Part shown: positions 48,196-51,501 of the stretch, piece after piece | Layout of the letters: each line of letters starts with the position of its first letter | Position numbering within the stretch: the stretch's first letter is position 1 | DNA from: an uncultured Verrucomicrobiota bacterium | GTDB taxonomy: Bacteria > Verrucomicrobiota > Kiritimatiellia > CAIKKV01 > CAITUY01 | Assembly: GCA_964584205.1 (NCBI GenBank) | Contig: CAZOZF010000005.1 | Span: 1-51,501, forward strand | DNA length: 51,501 nucleotides | Reading direction: 5' to 3' | Translations under genes and position numbers: made by a program | The notes under the pieces: model-generated | What the model saw: only the letters and a program-made list of their open reading frames with translations | The model's database searches: none | Told to the model about the DNA's origin: nothing

Positions 48196-48837
48196 ATGGC
48201 GATACGGGTTGCAATCGTTGAAGACAATGCCCAGATCCGACAACTGTTGGCCGGTTGGATACGGCGTGTGGCGGATATGACGCTGGTCAACACCTATCCG
48301 GACGCCGAGAGCGTTGTGTGCGAGGAGGGGGCCTGCGACGCGGATGTGATCCTGATGGATATCAACATGCCCGGCATGAGCGGGGTTGAATGTGTGCGCC
48401 AGCTCAAGCCGTTGAAGCCCGCTACCAATTTCGTCATGTTGACGGTCTACCATGACGCGCAGATCATCTTCGATGCCCTGTCAGCGGGGGCGAGTGGTTA
48501 TCTGCTGAAGCGGGCGACCCGGGATGAACTTTTAACGGCGATCCGTAATGTGGCGGCGGGCGGTGCTCCGATGAGTGCGGCGATCGCCGCGATCGTGGTG
48601 GAGGCCTTCAAGAATAAGGCCCCCACGCCCGCGTCCGATGACGAACTGGACCGGTTGACAGCACGAGAGTACGAAGTGCTCTCGCTCCTATCGCAAGGAC
48701 TGTTGTACAAGGAGATCGCCGACCACTTGTCGGTGAGTTTCAATACCGTGAATACCCTGGCGCGCCGCATCTACGATAAGCTCCATGTGCATTCGCGTAA
48801 GCAGGCGATCGGTAAGTTCAACCGCGACAAGGGGTAG
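48196..48837 (+). CDS. NarL/LuxR-family response regulator
   Basis: IVEDN, ILMDINMPGMSG, GASGYLLK, LTAREYEVLSLLSQGLLYKEIA. Confidence 0.94.
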   Translation: MAIRVAIVEDNAQIRQLLAGWIRRVADMTLVNTYPDAESVVCEEGACDADVILMDINMPGMSGVECVRQLKPLKPATNFVMLTVYHDAQIIFDALSAGASGYLLKRATRDELLTAIRNVAAGGAPMSAAIAAIVVEAFKNKAPTPASDDELDRLTAREYEVLSLLSQGLLYKEIADHLSVSFNTVNTLARRIYDKLHVHSRKQAIGKFNRDKG

Positions 48838-48871
48838 CCGGTCTCATGCCGGATCCGGTGGGGACCCCGTC

Positions 48872-48930
48872 TGTCACATGTTTGTCACATGTTTGATCTT
48901 TTGATTTCTGCGGACCATATCTGGTATCGT
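48872..48930 (+). promoter_or_regulatory. Putative promoter with an 11-bp tandem repeat and an ACCA-N4-TGGT site
   Basis: TGTCACATGTT x2 (48872-48893), TTGATT at 48901, ACCATATCTGGT at 48914-48925. Confidence 0.55.
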
Positions 48931-49059
48931 CTGAATATGAGGACGGGGTGGGGCACATGCACATGAAGAAGATTCGACGTTCTGTTGGATGACGTGGTTC
49001 TGGCCACCGAGCGGATCAACGAGGACAAATTCGGGTAATTCATGCGGAAGATCTAAAAG

Positions 49060-49181
49060 ATTCCCCCGAAGTCACGCAGAGCAAGAGCTCCGTCCGGGTG
49101 AAATTTCAGGCGAAGAAGGGTCGCATGACTGCCAGCGTGTTCGAGTGTCGGACGGTGAAGACGAAAGCGGTGGGCAAATAA
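49060..49181 (+). pseudogene. Orphan 3' end of a GH127/146-type gene
   Basis: PEVTQSKSSVRVKFQAKKGRMTASVFECRTVK resembles the C-terminus of 32308-34845 (PERIGAKREVEVLLRVPEKSRPVSGIYECRMV). Confidence 0.65.
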
Positions 49182-49284
49182 GCTGGCGATCAAGAAGGAA
49201 CAAGATCGCCACAGGAGTGGTCAACTTGCTGATATTGAAGCTTTATTTTGGCGTATTGTGGTGAATCAAGGAAGCAAAATAACT

Positions 49285-51501
49285 ATGAAAAGATATAACT
49301 GCGGATATGTGTTCGAAGTCCTTTCTATCGTTTCTCTGGCCCTCCTATCGCTGGGTCTTCCCTCGCGGCTATTGGCCGACCGGCTGGATCCGATGGCCAT
49401 CCAGGTTCCCGATAAAGTTGCCCCCAAGGCTTATGCTTTTGATCTCAATCAGGTCACACTTCTGGAAGGTCCTTTCAAGCATGCCCAGGAGATCCAGCGG
49501 CAATATCTCTTGGAGACCAAGCTCGATCCGCTCCTCTATCCCTTTCGGCGCGAAGCGGGACTACCCAACCCGGCTAAGGGAAGTGACTATTTGGGTTGGG
49601 GGACCACCGGCCATGCACTAGCCCATTATCTTTCGGCCTGCGCTATGATTTACCGCAACACGGGGGATGTGGAGCTGAAAAAATCTGCCGACGAGCTTAT
49701 TGCGAAGCTGGCCGAGTGCCAGGCGGCCATGAAAAACGGATACCTGGGGGGCATGCCCGAAAAATCCATTTTACATATGGAAAAACTTATCAACGAGCCG
49801 GCCTATCAGGTCGGTCCTGCCTGGTATGTTCAACACAAAATCTATGCCGGACTGCTGGATATGTATGTTCTCACCGGTAACCGTCAAGCGCTGGACGTTC
49901 TGGAAAAGACCATCGACTGGGTGATCCAGAACACCAATCAGCTCGATGAGAAGCAGATGCAGGAGATGCTCGGAATCGAGCATGGGGGGATGAACGAAGT
50001 CCTGGCCAACTTATACAGCGTGACCGGGAAGGAAAAACACCTCCTGCTGGCCCAGCGTTTCAACCAACGTAAGGTCATCGATCCGTTGGCCGAGAATCAG
50101 GATGTTTTCGATGGTATGCACGCTAATACCCAGTTCCCCAAGTTCATCGGTGCAATTCGGCAGTACCAGTTAACCGGCGAGGAGAAGTTGGGGAAAGCCG
50201 CCCGAGCGTGCTGGGAAACTGTGGTTTCGGAGCGTTCCTATGTTACCGGCGGCAACAGTATTGGTGAAGCTTTCAGTCCCAAGGGCCACCTTTCCGAGTA
50301 TGTGCATCTGAACACCACGGAAACCTGTAATGAATACAATATGCTAAAGCTGACTCGGGGGCTCTTTACCACCGAACCGCAGGCCCGGTATGCCGATTAT
50401 TATGAGCGAACGCTCTGGAATCAGATTCTTTCGACGGTGCATCCGCAAACCGGCGGCCAGCTTTACTTTCAACAGCTGGAATCGGGCAGATCAAAGATAA
50501 ATTGGGGCTTGTTCGCAAAAGGGGGGAGCAGTTGCAGTTGCTGTGCCGGAACAGGCCTGGAAAGCGTCGCCAAGTTCGCAGATAGCATCTATTTCAATGA
50601 TGGAGCTGAAGGGCTTTTTGTAAATCTCTTTATTGCTTCGGAATTGAACTGGAAAGCCCGCGGTGTCCAGGTTCGCCAGGAGACGCGCTATCCCGATGAG
50701 GGGGCGACGCGCCTGGTGTTTTCTTGCCCAGCCCCCGTCGGCCTGACGGTTCATCTGCGTCATCCCTGGTGGGCGACTCAAAGTTTTGAGATCCGCATCA
50801 ACGGTCAAAAGCAGGCAATCACCAGCGTTCCGGGGAGCTATGTGCCGCTGCAGCGGCAGTGGAAAAACGGCGACACCCTGGAGATCCTGATGCCCATGAC
50901 GCTGCATCTGGAAGGGTTTAAAGATAACCCCAAGCGGGCGGCGGTCATGTATGGTCCTCTGGTTATGGCGGGCATGACGCCGAAGGGGAATCATTTCTCG
51001 GCACTGGTTGGCGAAAATGAGACGATTTTCAAGCAATTCAAGGCACTGGAAGGCAAATCCCTGGAATTCTCCGCTCCGGCGGCAATCTGCCGCACATCTC
51101 TGGAGGCGGTGGCGGCAGAACCGGTGGTCTTCAAACCGCTTTTCCGCGTGGTTGACGAAACGTACTCGGTCTATTGGGATTGCCTGAGTTCCCAGGAATT
51201 CGCCGCTTTGCCTGCGGTGTTTCAAGAGGAAATCGCGCGGCACAAAGCGCTCGAGCCCAAAACCGTCGATCTGGTGTTGAGCTTCGTCAATACCAAAGAG
51301 TTTCGGGAAAACGGCCGGGAAACCATGCAGGGATATCTGCTTGGCCGGGGTGTTTTGCCCAGAACCCTCGAGCAGGTCAGTGAGGATGCTCATGGCGTGA
51401 AGGTCACCATCGGAGCCCCCGGCTGGCTGGGTAAGTCAGGCGTCGCTCATGACGACATGTATCCGAATGTGTTTCGCTTCCCCGGGGATCTGGCCTATCG
51501 C
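49285..51501 (+). CDS. GH127/GH146 beta-L-arabinofuranosidase-like protein, runs off the 3' end (absent from the ORF track)
   Basis: Read by hand: MKRYNCGY.., TTGHALAHYLSAC, HKIYAGLLDMYVLTGN, EHGGMNE, HANTQFPK, ETCNEYNMLKL, CSCCAGTGLES. No stop seen before the window end. Confidence 0.9.
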   Translation, partial: MKRYNCGYVFEVLSIVSLALLSLGLPSRLLADRLDPMAIQVPDKVAPKAYAFDLNQVTLLEGPFKHAQEIQRQYLLETKLDPLLYPFRREAGLPNPAKGSDYLGWGTTGHALAHYLSACAMIYRNTGDVELKKSADELIAKLAECQAAMKNGYLGGMPEKSILHMEKLINEPAYQVGPAWYVQHKIYAGLLDMYVLTGNRQALDVLEKTIDWVIQNTNQLDEKQMQEMLGIEHGGMNEVLANLYSVTGKEKHLLLAQRFNQRKVIDPLAENQDVFDGMHANTQFPKFIGAIRQYQLTGEEKLGKAARACWETVVSERSYVTGGNSIGEAFSPKGHLSEYVHLNTTETCNEYNMLKLTRGLFTTEPQARYADYYERTLWNQILSTVHPQTGGQLYFQQLESGRSKINWGLFAKGGSSCSCCAGTGLESVAKFADSIYFNDGAEGLFVNLFIASELNWKARGVQVRQETRYPDEGATRLVFSCPAPVGLTVHLRHPWWATQSFEIRINGQKQAITSVPGSYVPLQRQWKNGDTLEILMPMTLHLEGFKDNPKRAAVMYGPLVMAGMTPKGNHFSALVGENETIFKQFKALEGKSLEFSAPAAICRTSLEAVAAEPVVFKPLFRVVDETYSVYWDCLSSQEFAALPAVFQEEIARHKALEPKTVDLVLSFVNTKEFRENGRETMQGYLLGRGVLPRTLEQVSEDAHGVKVTIGAPGWLGKSGVAHDDMYPNVFRFPGDLAYR

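Noticed and set aside
1-51501. rRNA, tRNA, SusC/SusD, transporters, sulfatase-maturation enzyme
   Set aside because: None recognised in the window; they may lie outside it.

Overview
GC-rich bacterial window, probably PVC superphylum (Kiritimatiellota/Lentisphaerae/Verrucomicrobia-like; inferred from protein style, not proven). 1-40.9 kb and 44.6-51.5 kb form a + strand glycan-utilisation locus with no SusC/D or transporter gene. It encodes four Cys-type sulfatases (one fused to a SASA esterase and split by a 1-nt G-run frameshift), two GH51, two GH127/146, two GH2, a GH95-like enzyme, two GH120-like beta-helix enzymes, another beta-helix protein, two secreted FAD oxidoreductases, an Svx/AvrXca-like HEXXH peptidase, two large Thr/Asn-rich secreted proteins sharing a short C-terminal motif, a GntR-LacI regulator and a two-component pair. 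The locus is a mosaic of duplicated modules with several gene scars at junctions. An ACCA-N4-TGGT palindrome recurs at seven upstream regions. 41.0-44.4 kb is a toxin-antitoxin island (two PIN modules, a nucleotidyltransferase with an unknown partner, a truncated nucleotidyltransferase) mixed with REP/MITE-like repeats. No rRNA, tRNA or CRISPR array was seen. All family calls come from motifs read by eye; no searches were run.
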